In this document: positions 27,633-36,871 of the stretch, in pieces
Layout of the letters: each line of letters begins with the position of its first letter
Numbering within the stretch: the first letter of the stretch is position 1
Source: Vulcanimicrobiota bacterium
GTDB lineage: Bacteria > Vulcanimicrobiota > Vulcanimicrobiia > Vulcanimicrobiales > Vulcanimicrobiaceae
Length of the DNA stretch: 64,000 nucleotides
Reading direction: 5' to 3'
Assembly: GCA_963733295.1 (NCBI GenBank)
Contig: CAVTCS010000003.1
Coordinates: forward strand, 1,120,001 to 1,184,000
Program-made: the position numbers and the translations under genes
Notes under the pieces: generated by a model
What the model saw: only the letters and a program-made list of their open reading frames with translations
What the model was told of the DNA's origin: nothing
The model's database searches: none

Positions 27633-28535
27633 TCACTGGCTGATATAAATGCTGGCGTTACTCGACTCTACGTCGAGTTGCCCGTTGCCGGCGCCAAGGC
27701 GCACCGTTCGCGAAGCCGAGTTGTCTGAATCGTCTTCGTCATCGCTGCTGTTGTCCGTGGTCTGGACGGACGCAGCTGCTGGCAAGCCCGAGACGTGGAT
27801 TTTGCCGTTGCTCGCTTCGGCGTTAACCAGCGTGTTGGCGTCCTTTGCGAATCTTAGAGTCACGCGGCCGTTGCTGCTCTCGACTTTGCCGTCGCGCACG
27901 TCCAGGGCGGTGGCCTCGAAACGTCCGTTCGAGGTCGTCGCGTTGAGGCGGGTCGCAACGACCCGGTCCAGCGAGATGCGGCCGTCGGATGCGGCGAGGT
28001 GCAGCGAGGGTCCGTTGTAATCTCCAAGCGTGATGCTGCCGTTGCCGATGCTGTTGAGCGTGGCTTCGGCGCGCAGCCCGTCTGCCGTGATGTCGCCTGC
28101 ATTCACGATTTCGACCCGGGTTTCTGGTGGCACGACCACCGTCACCATGCGGTCGTCGCCCATCGCCCAGCGATGCCTTGCGTCCGACATGATGCGAATC
28201 GTTTCGCCGTCCTTCGTGGCCGAAATCGGCGCAGTAGCACGGAAGATCCCATACTCCGTGCTTTGGCTCACCGAGACATCGATCTGCGACGGACTGCCCG
28301 TGCGAATGGTAAGGTCGGCGTACCCGATGTCCACGTTCAGCGTGGGATGCGAGCCGGCCTCAAAAATCTTGTGCGCGCCGCCTTCGGCAAGACTCGAATC
28401 AGACGCGGCCTCCACATGGGTGCCCCACGGAGACCACTGATCCGACTGGTCACCACGAACCGCGACAATCATCCAGGCCAAGACGACGACTTCGATTGCC
28501 ACCAGGACCGCGATGAGTTGGGAGCGGGGCATCAT
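27633..28535 (-). CDS. DUF4097 beta-strand repeat protein, membrane-anchored
   Basis: N-terminal TM; repeated (T/S)SNG-x-(I/V) units; C-terminal LGAGNGQLDVESSN. Confidence 0.75.
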   Translation of the reverse strand: MMPRSQLIAVLVAIEVVVLAWMIVAVRGDQSDQWSPWGTHVEAASDSSLAEGGAHKIFEAGSHPTLNVDIGYADLTIRTGSPSQIDVSVSQSTEYGIFRATAPISATKDGETIRIMSDARHRWAMGDDRMVTVVVPPETRVEIVNAGDITADGLRAEATLNSIGNGSITLGDYNGPSLHLAASDGRISLDRVVATRLNATTSNGRFEATALDVRDGKVESSNGRVTLRFAKDANTLVNAEASNGKIHVSGLPAAASVQTTDNSSDDEDDSDNSASRTVRLGAGNGQLDVESSNASIYISQ

Positions 28536-28872
28536 GCCGTATCTACGGGTAAGCGAGCCCCGAGTTTCGCCGAACGGCTCGTGCGGAGTGGGTGGATCAG
28601 GGGCGTCCTCCCTGCCAACTGACCGGCGGTCCGTGAGCCGGCACGCTGTCCCTGAACGTGAGCACGAGCGGCCCAGGCCCGTCTGGGAAGGGCAACTGCG
28701 GTAGACGTTCGGGCGTCATCCCACAATTCCGGCGCGCGGGAACCTCCCGGAGATCTTAGCCAAAAAATCGTCCAACGCGCCGGCGGTGCCGTCGATACCG
28801 AGCGATAAGTCAGGCCAAGAGCAATGGCGGAAGCAACACACCCCAACGCACTTGTCTGCTCACCGAGGACTC

Positions 28873-28919
28873 GGAATTGAATCCCCTGTTCGTTCGTTCG
28901 AATCCAGCCGGCCAAGCCA
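28873..28919 (+). repeat. Degenerate copy of tRNA-Gln 3' half (att-like, copy 2)
   Basis: 28877-28909 is 29/33 identical to tRNA 24746-24778; the copy ends in AGCCA. Confidence 0.75.
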
Positions 28920-28920
28920 A

Positions 28921-29262
28921 GTGACGGCCGCCGAGCTGCTCGAGAGCCTATTCTCGGCCTGGCGAAACGGTGACGCGCTGCGGGCCGGGGCGCATTTCGC
29001 GCCGGACGCGCGCTATCAGGAAGCGCGCCACGAGCCAATCGTCGGGCGCGACGCCATCGTGCAGCACTTCACGGCATTCTTTCGCGACGGACCGGTGTGG
29101 CGCTTTCACGTCGAGGACGTCCTCACGAACGCCGAGCGAGCGGCGGTTCGGTACCGTTTCGAAATCGCCGACGCGGACGGAACGTGGCGCACGAGGGCCG
29201 GGTGCGCGTTTGCGAGCCTGCACGACGGGACGCTGACCGAGTGGCGCGAATACGAGGGCTGA
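28921..29262 (+). CDS. SnoaL/NTF2-like protein
   Basis: AWRNGD, FAPDARY, GRDAI, EWREY pattern; GTG start. Confidence 0.8.
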   Translation: MTAAELLESLFSAWRNGDALRAGAHFAPDARYQEARHEPIVGRDAIVQHFTAFFRDGPVWRFHVEDVLTNAERAAVRYRFEIADADGTWRTRAGCAFASLHDGTLTEWREYEG

Positions 29263-29263
29263 C

Positions 29264-29635
29264 ATGACAGGTGACACCCTCGGCATTCAGGTGACCGCGA
29301 CCGACGACGGGCAGGCAATGCTCTTCGCGCTCGATGGTAACCTCGATATCGCCACCTCGCCCAGCCTACGCGCGGCGCTGCTCGAACGCGCCGAACACGA
29401 CCGCCACGAAATCATCGTGGACCTCTCACGTCTTGAGTTCCTCGACTCGACCGGGCTGGGCGCGTTGATCGGAGCGCGCAAACGCGCGGCCGAGCACGGC
29501 GGCTCGCTGCGCCTCGTAGCGCACGAGGGTCAGATCTTGAGGCTCCTGCGCATCACGGGACTTCTCGACGTCTTTGCGGTCTATCCGAGCGTGGAAGCGG
29601 CCCTCGCGGGCGAGACGCGACTCGTCGGATTGTAA
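29264..29635 (+). CDS. STAS anti-sigma-factor antagonist (RsbV-like)
   Basis: GNLDIATSP, VDLSRLEFLDSTGLG (phospho-Ser), LRITGL. Confidence 0.92.
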   Translation: MTGDTLGIQVTATDDGQAMLFALDGNLDIATSPSLRAALLERAEHDRHEIIVDLSRLEFLDSTGLGALIGARKRAAEHGGSLRLVAHEGQILRLLRITGLLDVFAVYPSVEAALAGETRLVGL

Positions 29636-30930
29636 GCGGCATACGATTCGTCGATCAGCTCGACGACGTGTGCGACTCGGACGGTGCTCCCAACTTTGCG
29701 TAGACCCGCCGCGATTTGCAGCGCGCATCCGGGGTTGGCGGTTGCGATGATTTCCGCGCCTGTGGCGAGCGCATTCTCGACCTTGCGCGTCCCGAGGCGG
29801 CTCGCCATCGCCGGCTGCGTAACGTTGTAGATCCCGGCACTCCCGCAGCAAAGCGAGCTTTCGTTCATTTCCCGTAGCGTCAGACCCGGTATGGCGGCCA
29901 GAAGACGGCGGGGCGCGCTGATGATCAGCTGAGCGTGAGCGAGGTGACATGCATCCTGATAGCTGACCGTTTTGTCCAGCACGCCAAGTTCGGGAGCGAG
30001 TCCCAGGAGGTCGAGCAGCTCGGTCACGTCGCGCACTTTCGCCGAGAAACGCGCCGCGCGCTCCGCCCATTCGGGATCGCTTGCGAAGAGGTGTTCGTAC
30101 TCCTTGAGGGTCGAGCCGCAGCCGGCCGCGTTGACGACGTAGACGTCGGCACCGGACCGTTCGAAGGCCAGGATGTTGCGTTTGCCGAGCTCGCGCCCGA
30201 GATCCATCTCGCCTGCGTGCACCGCGATCGCCCCGCAGCATCCCTGCGCCGCCGGCACGACGACCTCGCAACCGCTGCGTTGCAGGACGCGCAGCGTCGC
30301 TTCATCGACCTCCGCGAATGCGACCTGCATCACGCAGCCCGCGTGCATGAATGCGGTTGCCTTCCTCTCGCCACGAGACCGCGCACGCTGATCGTGCGGG
30401 ACGAAGAAGCGTTCGGAAACCGGCGGCGCTAGCGCCTCGATTTCTTCGAGCCGGAGCGCCCGAAGCAGTCCGGTTCGTCGCGCAAACTGCTGCAGTCCGC
30501 TGTGCTGGTAAAAACGCAATAGCCCTGCCATGGCACGCAACCACGCCAAGTTCGAAAACATGGTCTTGAGCAGAAAATTCCGCGTCACGCGTTCGGAGAA
30601 AGTGCGCCGGGGAGCGGTGGCACGTTCGATCTGGGTGCGCGCGGGTTCGAGCAACCGGCCGTATGCGACGCCCGAAGGACAGACGGCCTCGCATGCCCGG
30701 CAGTCCAGGCACTCGGACATCTGGTGCATGAAGCCGGGGCTCGTCAAATCGAGCCTTCCTTCGTCGACCGCTTTTATCAATGAAATTCGACCGCGCGGCC
30801 CCGACGTTTCGACTAGCGTCTCAACGTACGTGGGACAGGTTGGCAGGCAAAGGCCGCAGCGCACGCATTGGTCGTAGACCGACGCCGGCGGGACATCCTC
30901 GCCGCCGAACCCTCGCTTTGCCTCGAGCAC
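29581..30930 (-). CDS. glcF: GlcF-like Fe-S subunit of glycolate/D-lactate oxidase
   Basis: CVRCGLCLPTCP and CLDCRACEAVCP, two CCG domains, YQDACHL; 55-nt convergent overlap with the STAS gene. Confidence 0.85.
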   Translation of the reverse strand: MLEAKRGFGGEDVPPASVYDQCVRCGLCLPTCPTYVETLVETSGPRGRISLIKAVDEGRLDLTSPGFMHQMSECLDCRACEAVCPSGVAYGRLLEPARTQIERATAPRRTFSERVTRNFLLKTMFSNLAWLRAMAGLLRFYQHSGLQQFARRTGLLRALRLEEIEALAPPVSERFFVPHDQRARSRGERKATAFMHAGCVMQVAFAEVDEATLRVLQRSGCEVVVPAAQGCCGAIAVHAGEMDLGRELGKRNILAFERSGADVYVVNAAGCGSTLKEYEHLFASDPEWAERAARFSAKVRDVTELLDLLGLAPELGVLDKTVSYQDACHLAHAQLIISAPRRLLAAIPGLTLREMNESSLCCGSAGIYNVTQPAMASRLGTRKVENALATGAEIIATANPGCALQIAAGLRKVGSTVRVAHVVELIDESYAAYNPTSRVSPARAASTLG

Positions 30931-31043
30931 GAGGTTTTCTTTAGGAGCGCACCACCTTTGTCCCGCACTTCGCTCGAGAGAGGCGCGCGCGGGGGGCTGA
31001 GCTCCGGCAGTCCGCGAAAACGTCGGGACGAAGGAGAAACGGC

Positions 31044-32561
31044 ATGAGCGCAGTTGCGTCGATGCGGTCGGGCATGAAAACCGTCGAACACTTTATCGGC
31101 GGCCGGCATACGCCGGGAAGCGGAACTCGGACCGGCGCGATCTACGATCCGGCGAGCGGAGAGGAAACGGCGCGCGTGAGGTTCGCCGAACGGGCCGACG
31201 TCGACGCCGCCGTCGCTTCCGCCGCCGCCGCTTTGCCGGGTTGGGCTGCGACGACTCCGCTGCGGCGTGCCCGAGTGTTGTTCGCATACAGAGCCTTGCT
31301 CGAGAAGCATGCGGACGCATTGGCCGAATCGATCGTGCGCGAGCACGGTAAAGTGCTCTCCGACGCCCGCGGTGAGGTGACGCGCGGACTTGAGGTCGTC
31401 GAATTCGCCTGCGGAATCCCGCACTTGCTAAAAGGCGAGTTCTCGGAAAACGCGGGTCCAGCCATCGACAGCTATTCTTTGCGTCAGCCGCTCGGCGTCT
31501 GCGCCGGCATCACGCCCTTCAATTTTCCGGTAATGGTTCCGATGTGGATGTTCCCGCTAGCGGTCGCGTGCGGCAACACGTTCGTGCTCAAGCCTTCGGA
31601 ACGCGATCCTTCGCCAAGTCTGCGAATCGCGGAACTCTTCATCGAAGCCGGTGCGCCGCCGGGAGTACTCAACGTCGTGCAAGGCGACAAGCTGACGGTA
31701 GCGGCGCTGCTCGAGCATCCGGACATAAAGGCGGTGAGCTTCGTCGGCTCGACGCCCATCGCGCGTTCCATCTATGTGAGCGCGGCGCAGCACGGTAAAC
31801 GTGTGCAGGCCTTGGGCGGTGCGAAGAATCACGCCGTCGTTCTGCCGGATGCCGACCTCGATGAGGTGGTAGAAGCGTTGACGGGCGCGGCTTACGGATC
31901 GGCCGGGGAACGCTGCATGGCGATCTCGGTTGCGGTCGCCGTGGGAGCGATTGGTGACGCGCTGGTCGAGCGTCTTGCGAAACGGGCGCGATCGCTGAAG
32001 ATCCGCGCCGGCTCGGATCCGGATGCGGAGATGGGCCCGCTCGTCACGCGAGAGCACCTCCAACGCGTCCGCGACTACATCGATGGCGGCGTTGCGGAAG
32101 GCGCAGAACTGATCCTCGACGGCCGCGAACGCGTAATCGAAGAAAGCGGGTTTTTCATCGGGGCGACGATCTTCGATCGGGTCTCGCCCGAGATGGCAAT
32201 CTATCGCGACGAGATCTTCGGTCCGGTCCTGTCGGTCGTGCGCGCCGCCGATCTGCAGCACGCTATCGAGCTGGTCAATGCCAATCGCTACGGGAACGGG
32301 GTTGCGCTCTTTACGCGTTCGGGCGGTGCTGCGCGCGAATTCGTGAGTCGCGTGAACATCGGAATGGTCGGCGTCAACGTGGCCATCCCGGTCCCGATGG
32401 CCTTCCATAGCTTCGGGGGCTGGAAAGAGTCGATGTTCGGCGATCGAGCGGTCTACGGCACCGAGGGCGTCGAGTTTTACACGCGTCTGAAGACGGTCAC
32501 GGCGCGCTGGCCTACGAGCGAGCCGGCCGCGGGCGACGCGTTCGCGATGCCGACACACTGA
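31044..32561 (+). CDS. mmsA: CoA-acylating (methyl)malonate-semialdehyde dehydrogenase
   Basis: GITPFNFP, KPSERDP, FVGST, GGAKNH, GSAGERCMA, GVNVAIPVP. Confidence 0.93.
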   Translation: MSAVASMRSGMKTVEHFIGGRHTPGSGTRTGAIYDPASGEETARVRFAERADVDAAVASAAAALPGWAATTPLRRARVLFAYRALLEKHADALAESIVREHGKVLSDARGEVTRGLEVVEFACGIPHLLKGEFSENAGPAIDSYSLRQPLGVCAGITPFNFPVMVPMWMFPLAVACGNTFVLKPSERDPSPSLRIAELFIEAGAPPGVLNVVQGDKLTVAALLEHPDIKAVSFVGSTPIARSIYVSAAQHGKRVQALGGAKNHAVVLPDADLDEVVEALTGAAYGSAGERCMAISVAVAVGAIGDALVERLAKRARSLKIRAGSDPDAEMGPLVTREHLQRVRDYIDGGVAEGAELILDGRERVIEESGFFIGATIFDRVSPEMAIYRDEIFGPVLSVVRAADLQHAIELVNANRYGNGVALFTRSGGAAREFVSRVNIGMVGVNVAIPVPMAFHSFGGWKESMFGDRAVYGTEGVEFYTRLKTVTARWPTSEPAAGDAFAMPTH

Positions 32562-32583
32562 GACCGGGAATACCGGTGTCGCT

Positions 32584-33996
32584 CTAGAGTTCGAACGCGT
32601 CCGGGCCGCCGGGGCTCGGAAAGATCTTGCCCGGATTCATGATACCGAGCGGGTCGACGGCGTCTTTGATGTGGCGCATGAGGGCGAGTGCGTCGCTGCC
32701 GAGGTCGAGTTCCATGAATTGTTTCTTGAGGACGCCGATGCCGTGTTCGCCGGAAAGCGTCCCCCCTGCGGCGACCGCGATTTCGAAGATTTCGCGCGCC
32801 GCCACGCGCACGCGTGCCATTTCCGCGGGATCGTTGCGATTGCAAAGCAGGTTCGGATGCAAGTTTCCGTCGCCCGCGTGCCCGAAGATCGGAAGAAGAA
32901 GAGCGTGACGCTTGCCGACTTCACGCAGTTTGCGAAGTACCGCGACGAGTTCTGAGCGCGGGATCGAGATATCTTCGCCCAGCTTGTGCGGACGCAGTCG
33001 CGCGAGCGCGGGAGAGATCGCGCGGCGGGCGTTCCAGAGCCGTTCGCTTTCCTCGGGGGTGCGTGCCACGCGCACGTCGCTCGCGCCGTTCTCGTGCGCG
33101 AGTGCGGCGATCGTTGCAAGTTCGGCCTCGACGATCGCCTCGTGGTTGCCGTCGACGGCGAAGAGGAGCAGCGCGTCGCTCTCGACGGGCAATCCGGCGG
33201 AGGTTGCGGCTTCGACGCAACGCAGCGTCAGCTGATCCATTAGCTCGATCGATGCCGGCGTGAGGCCGTGGGCGGCGATCGCGTTGACCGTTCGCGCGGC
33301 GTCTTCGAGGTCGGCGAAGGTCGCCGTCGCAGTGCGGCTGAACGCGGGCTTGCGTAACAAACGGAGAGTGACCTCGGTGATTGTGCCGAGCGTTCCCTCG
33401 GCACCGGTGAAGAGCGCCCGCAAGTTATAGCCGGTGACGTTTTTCACCATCTTGCCGCCGGTACGGATGATTTCGCCCGCCGGCAAAACGACTTGGAGCG
33501 CCATGACGTAGTCGCCCGTGACGCCGTATTTCAGACAGCGCGCGCCGCCGGCGTTCTCGGCGACGTTCCCGCCGATCGCCGACTGTTTGAGGCTCGACGG
33601 ATCCGGCGGGTAGAACAGGCCCCGCGCTTCGACTTCGCGCTGCAGGTCAGCCGTGATGACGCCGGGCTCGACGACGGCGACTTGATTGATTTCGTCGATC
33701 TCGAGGATACGGTTCATTCGCGCGACACCGAGTACGAGGCTGCCCGCAAGCGGAACGGAACCGCCCGAAAGTCCGCTGCCCATCGCGCGCGGCGTCAATG
33801 CGAGATGCTCGCGCGCCGCCAGCCGGTGGATCGCCGCGACCTCGCTTGCCGTTGCCGGGAGCACGACGGCCAGAGGCCGGCTGTCGTACCACGTCCCGTC
33901 GAAACCGTAGGCGATCAGATCTTCTTCGGAGAGCAGGACGTTCTCGGGGCCGACGATCGCTTGCAGCTCCGCGAGCGGCCCGGGAGCCAGCATCAC
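32584..33996 (-). CDS. glcD: GlcD-like FAD-linked oxidase
   Basis: YPPDPSS, GGNVAENAGG, GAEGTLG, GHAGDGNLH, GEHGIG, MNPGKIF. Confidence 0.85.
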   Translation of the reverse strand: MMLAPGPLAELQAIVGPENVLLSEEDLIAYGFDGTWYDSRPLAVVLPATASEVAAIHRLAAREHLALTPRAMGSGLSGGSVPLAGSLVLGVARMNRILEIDEINQVAVVEPGVITADLQREVEARGLFYPPDPSSLKQSAIGGNVAENAGGARCLKYGVTGDYVMALQVVLPAGEIIRTGGKMVKNVTGYNLRALFTGAEGTLGTITEVTLRLLRKPAFSRTATATFADLEDAARTVNAIAAHGLTPASIELMDQLTLRCVEAATSAGLPVESDALLLFAVDGNHEAIVEAELATIAALAHENGASDVRVARTPEESERLWNARRAISPALARLRPHKLGEDISIPRSELVAVLRKLREVGKRHALLLPIFGHAGDGNLHPNLLCNRNDPAEMARVRVAAREIFEIAVAAGGTLSGEHGIGVLKKQFMELDLGSDALALMRHIKDAVDPLGIMNPGKIFPSPGGPDAFEL

Positions 33997-34017
33997 GCCT
34001 GCTTCCGTTCGCGACGT

Positions 34018-35574
34018 TTAGCCGCCGACCTCGACCGGGCCGCTCGGCTTCTTCGGCTTTCGCATCAAGAACACGAGCGGGGTGCAGAGCAGCGCCACCG
34101 CCGCGATCACGTAAGTTGCGTCGGCGAACGCGAGGATCGCGGCCTGGTCGTTGACGAGGCCGGCGAGCTGCTGTGCCGTTCCGCCATGTTCGAAGTAATG
34201 CTGCACGGGAATGCTCGCAGCGGTCGCATTCGCGCCCAAGACTTCCGAATGGAACGTCTCGCGCTGATCGATAACCACGTCGAGCAGCGCGACCGCGATC
34301 GAACCGCCCAGCTGAATCGCGAGGTTGACCATCGCGCCGGCTTTGGGCCCTTCCGCCGGCGTCGTCGCGCCGAGAACCGCAACCGAGATCGGCACGAAGA
34401 GCAGCGAGGTTCCCATTCCGACGACGATCAGGGAGAACGCGAACGTCCAGAAGGTCGAGACGTTGGTCGTAACGACCGCTTGCATCGCGCTTCCGATTCC
34501 GATGAGGACGAATCCGACACCGAGGAACCAACGCGGATCGACGACCCCCGTCAAACGCGCGACGAAGAGCGTGAAGAGCGCAATGGGCAGTGCGCGTAGG
34601 ATAAAGAGGTTGCCGCTGAGTGAGGGCGTGAACCCGAGCGGGCCCTGCGTGAGCTGCGGCAGCGTGTAGGTAGCCCCGAACAGCGCGACACCTAGAGCCA
34701 GCGCGAGCAGCGAACCGGCGGTAACGCTGCGATTGCGGAAGATGCGCAGATCGACGATCGGAACGCGCGTTCCGAACAGCTCGTAGACGACGAACGATAT
34801 GCCGGCTACGACGCACAGAGCCGTCATCGTTGCGATCGTGCCGTTGGAGAGCCAGCTATACCGTTCACCTTCGGTCAGCACGTACTGGAGCGAACCGAGC
34901 GTGCACGCCAACAGCGCGAGACCCACAAAGTCGACCGGGCCGGCTTCCGCCTTCGAGGGGTCGCGCAAAAGCATCAGTAGCAAAACCGCCGACAGAATGC
35001 CGGGTGCGATATTGATGTCGAAGCACCAGTTCCAGGACGCGTTGTCGACGAGCAACCCGCCGAGCGGCGGCCCGAGCGTTGGCCCCAGGATCGCACCGAG
35101 CGCAAAGATGGCTTGGCTTATGCCGAGCTGCCGGGGCGGAAAGGTATCGCGCAGGATGGCTTGTGCCGTCGCCAAGAGTCCGCCCCCGAACGCGCCCTGC
35201 ACAACGCGCGCCATCACGAGGAAGCTCAAGTTGTCAGCGGCGCCGCAAGCGATTGAGGCCAGCGTGAAGCCGGCAATGGAGGTTACGAAGTAGTTCTTAC
35301 GGCCGAACCGGTTTTGAAGCCAAGGGGTCAGCGGAATGACGATGATCGCCGCGATCGTGTAGCCGGTTACGACCCAGGTTCCCTCGTCGACGCTCGCTCC
35401 GAGGTTGCCCTGAATCGTGGGGAGGGCGACGTTGGTGATCGTCGAGTCCAGGGTCTGCATCAGCGAGGCCGCCATCACGCCGACGACGATCAGCACGCGT
35501 CGCAGCCCCCTCTCGGTGACGTCTTGTCGAGCCGGAGCGGGTTCGGCTGGATGCCCCGGTTGCCCCGACGTCAT
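34018..35574 (-). CDS. DHA2 (EmrB/QacA) MFS efflux permease
   Basis: LDSTITNVALP, RFGRKN, RVVQG, GPTLGP-x-LGG, PIVDLRIF; 14-TM pattern. Confidence 0.92.
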   Translation of the reverse strand: MTSGQPGHPAEPAPARQDVTERGLRRVLIVVGVMAASLMQTLDSTITNVALPTIQGNLGASVDEGTWVVTGYTIAAIIVIPLTPWLQNRFGRKNYFVTSIAGFTLASIACGAADNLSFLVMARVVQGAFGGGLLATAQAILRDTFPPRQLGISQAIFALGAILGPTLGPPLGGLLVDNASWNWCFDINIAPGILSAVLLLMLLRDPSKAEAGPVDFVGLALLACTLGSLQYVLTEGERYSWLSNGTIATMTALCVVAGISFVVYELFGTRVPIVDLRIFRNRSVTAGSLLALALGVALFGATYTLPQLTQGPLGFTPSLSGNLFILRALPIALFTLFVARLTGVVDPRWFLGVGFVLIGIGSAMQAVVTTNVSTFWTFAFSLIVVGMGTSLLFVPISVAVLGATTPAEGPKAGAMVNLAIQLGGSIAVALLDVVIDQRETFHSEVLGANATAASIPVQHYFEHGGTAQQLAGLVNDQAAILAFADATYVIAAVALLCTPLVFLMRKPKKPSGPVEVGG

Positions 35575-35604
35575 CTCTTGCGGGAACCCCCTTAACGTAG
35601 ATAG

Positions 35605-36495
35605 CTATTTCCGATAGTGCTCGATCGTTAAACGTGTTCCCGCGTCGAGCGAGGTGCGCGGTAAGTGCGGGAAGATCGCGCGCAACTCGCCCTCATCGAC
35701 GCGCGGCGAGATCGGCAAATGGGGGCCGCGGGCGGTGATTTCCGCATGGGGAACTTCAGTTCGAATCGCCGCGAGAATGTCGTCGGTCGACGCGAGCGTG
35801 CCCTGTAGGCTGAACGCGTGCGCGCCCTCGGGCGTCTCGGTCGCGGCTCGAGCGAACGCGGCCGCGGTGTCGGCGACGAAATCCATGCCCGTGCTGCCCG
35901 TAAAGGGTATCGTGTACGGCCGGCCTTCGGCAGCGGCGCGCATCGCGAGCGTCGGCCCCGCCGTTATTCCGGTGGAGCGTCCGGGACCGTACACCGTCCA
36001 CGGACGCAGACCGACGCTTGAGAACTGCACGTCCTCCCAAAACGCGCGCGCGTTCCCTTCGTTGCAGAGTTTGTACGCGCCATAGTGCGTCCCCGGATGC
36101 GGCGTCGAACCGTCGTCGGGTCCGAAGACTGCGGCGCTCGAGGCATATGCGAAGCCGCGCAGCCCGCGCGCAATCGCCGCTTGAAACGCAAACAGGGTTC
36201 CAAGAACGTTGACATGCGCTCCCTTCACGGGATCCGCGCGACAGCCTGGGACGAGAATCCCAGCGAGATGGACGATTGCATCGCACCCTAAGACGGCGGC
36301 CTCGACTTGCGCCGCTTGGGTGATATCGCCTGTGACTTGTTCGACGTTCGGCGCATGCTCGTGCGCCACGATCTCGTCGAAAAGCGCTCGCTCGGAGTGA
36401 AAGTCGAAGACTCGCACGGCATGTCCCGTTTCCAGCAGCGTTCGCGCGGTCCACGCTCCGATAAAGCCGAGACCGCCGGTGATCAGGACTCGCAT
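35605..36495 (-). CDS. NAD-dependent epimerase/dehydratase family SDR
   Basis: TGGLGFIG, HLAG, YASSAAVFG, YGAYK. Confidence 0.88.
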   Translation of the reverse strand: MRVLITGGLGFIGAWTARTLLETGHAVRVFDFHSERALFDEIVAHEHAPNVEQVTGDITQAAQVEAAVLGCDAIVHLAGILVPGCRADPVKGAHVNVLGTLFAFQAAIARGLRGFAYASSAAVFGPDDGSTPHPGTHYGAYKLCNEGNARAFWEDVQFSSVGLRPWTVYGPGRSTGITAGPTLAMRAAAEGRPYTIPFTGSTGMDFVADTAAAFARAATETPEGAHAFSLQGTLASTDDILAAIRTEVPHAEITARGPHLPISPRVDEGELRAIFPHLPRTSLDAGTRLTIEHYRK

Positions 36496-36556
36496 TCCGG
36501 CTCAACCTCTCTCGGGGGAGGACTTGTATGGTGGCTTCGAAACCCCTAGCCTCGCT

Positions 36557-36871
36557 ATGCCCGAGCGCAACACGCCCGACATCTTGAGGCTGGCCGATAT
36601 CGATAACGTCGCCGTCGCGCTGCGCGCGCTCGACGCCGGTGAAATCGTTGCGGCGGGAGGCGCGCGCGTGACCGTGCTCGTGGCGATCCCCGCCGGCCAC
36701 AAACTCGCGTTAGGCGAGATCCCGCAGGGCGAGGTGATCTTAAAATACGGACAAGTGATGGGTCGCGCAACCGCGCGCATTCTCGCCGGCGAACACGTGC
36801 ACGTACACAACGTCGAGGGCTTACGCGGGCGCGGAGATCTCGCGCCGGCAAACGCCGGAGGAGACGCGTGA
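36557..36871 (+). CDS. UxaA-family dehydratase small (SAF) subunit
   Basis: DNVAVAL, IPAGHKLAL, KYG, GEHVHVHNV. Confidence 0.88.
   Translation: MPERNTPDILRLADIDNVAVALRALDAGEIVAAGGARVTVLVAIPAGHKLALGEIPQGEVILKYGQVMGRATARILAGEHVHVHNVEGLRGRGDLAPANAGGDA

Larger units (their letters stand above)
24786..28919. mobile_element. Decayed tRNA-Gln-integrated genomic islet(s), no intact integrase
   Basis: Bounded by the tRNA and two degenerate direct repeats of its 3' half; cargo is unrelated small accessory genes. Confidence 0.7.
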
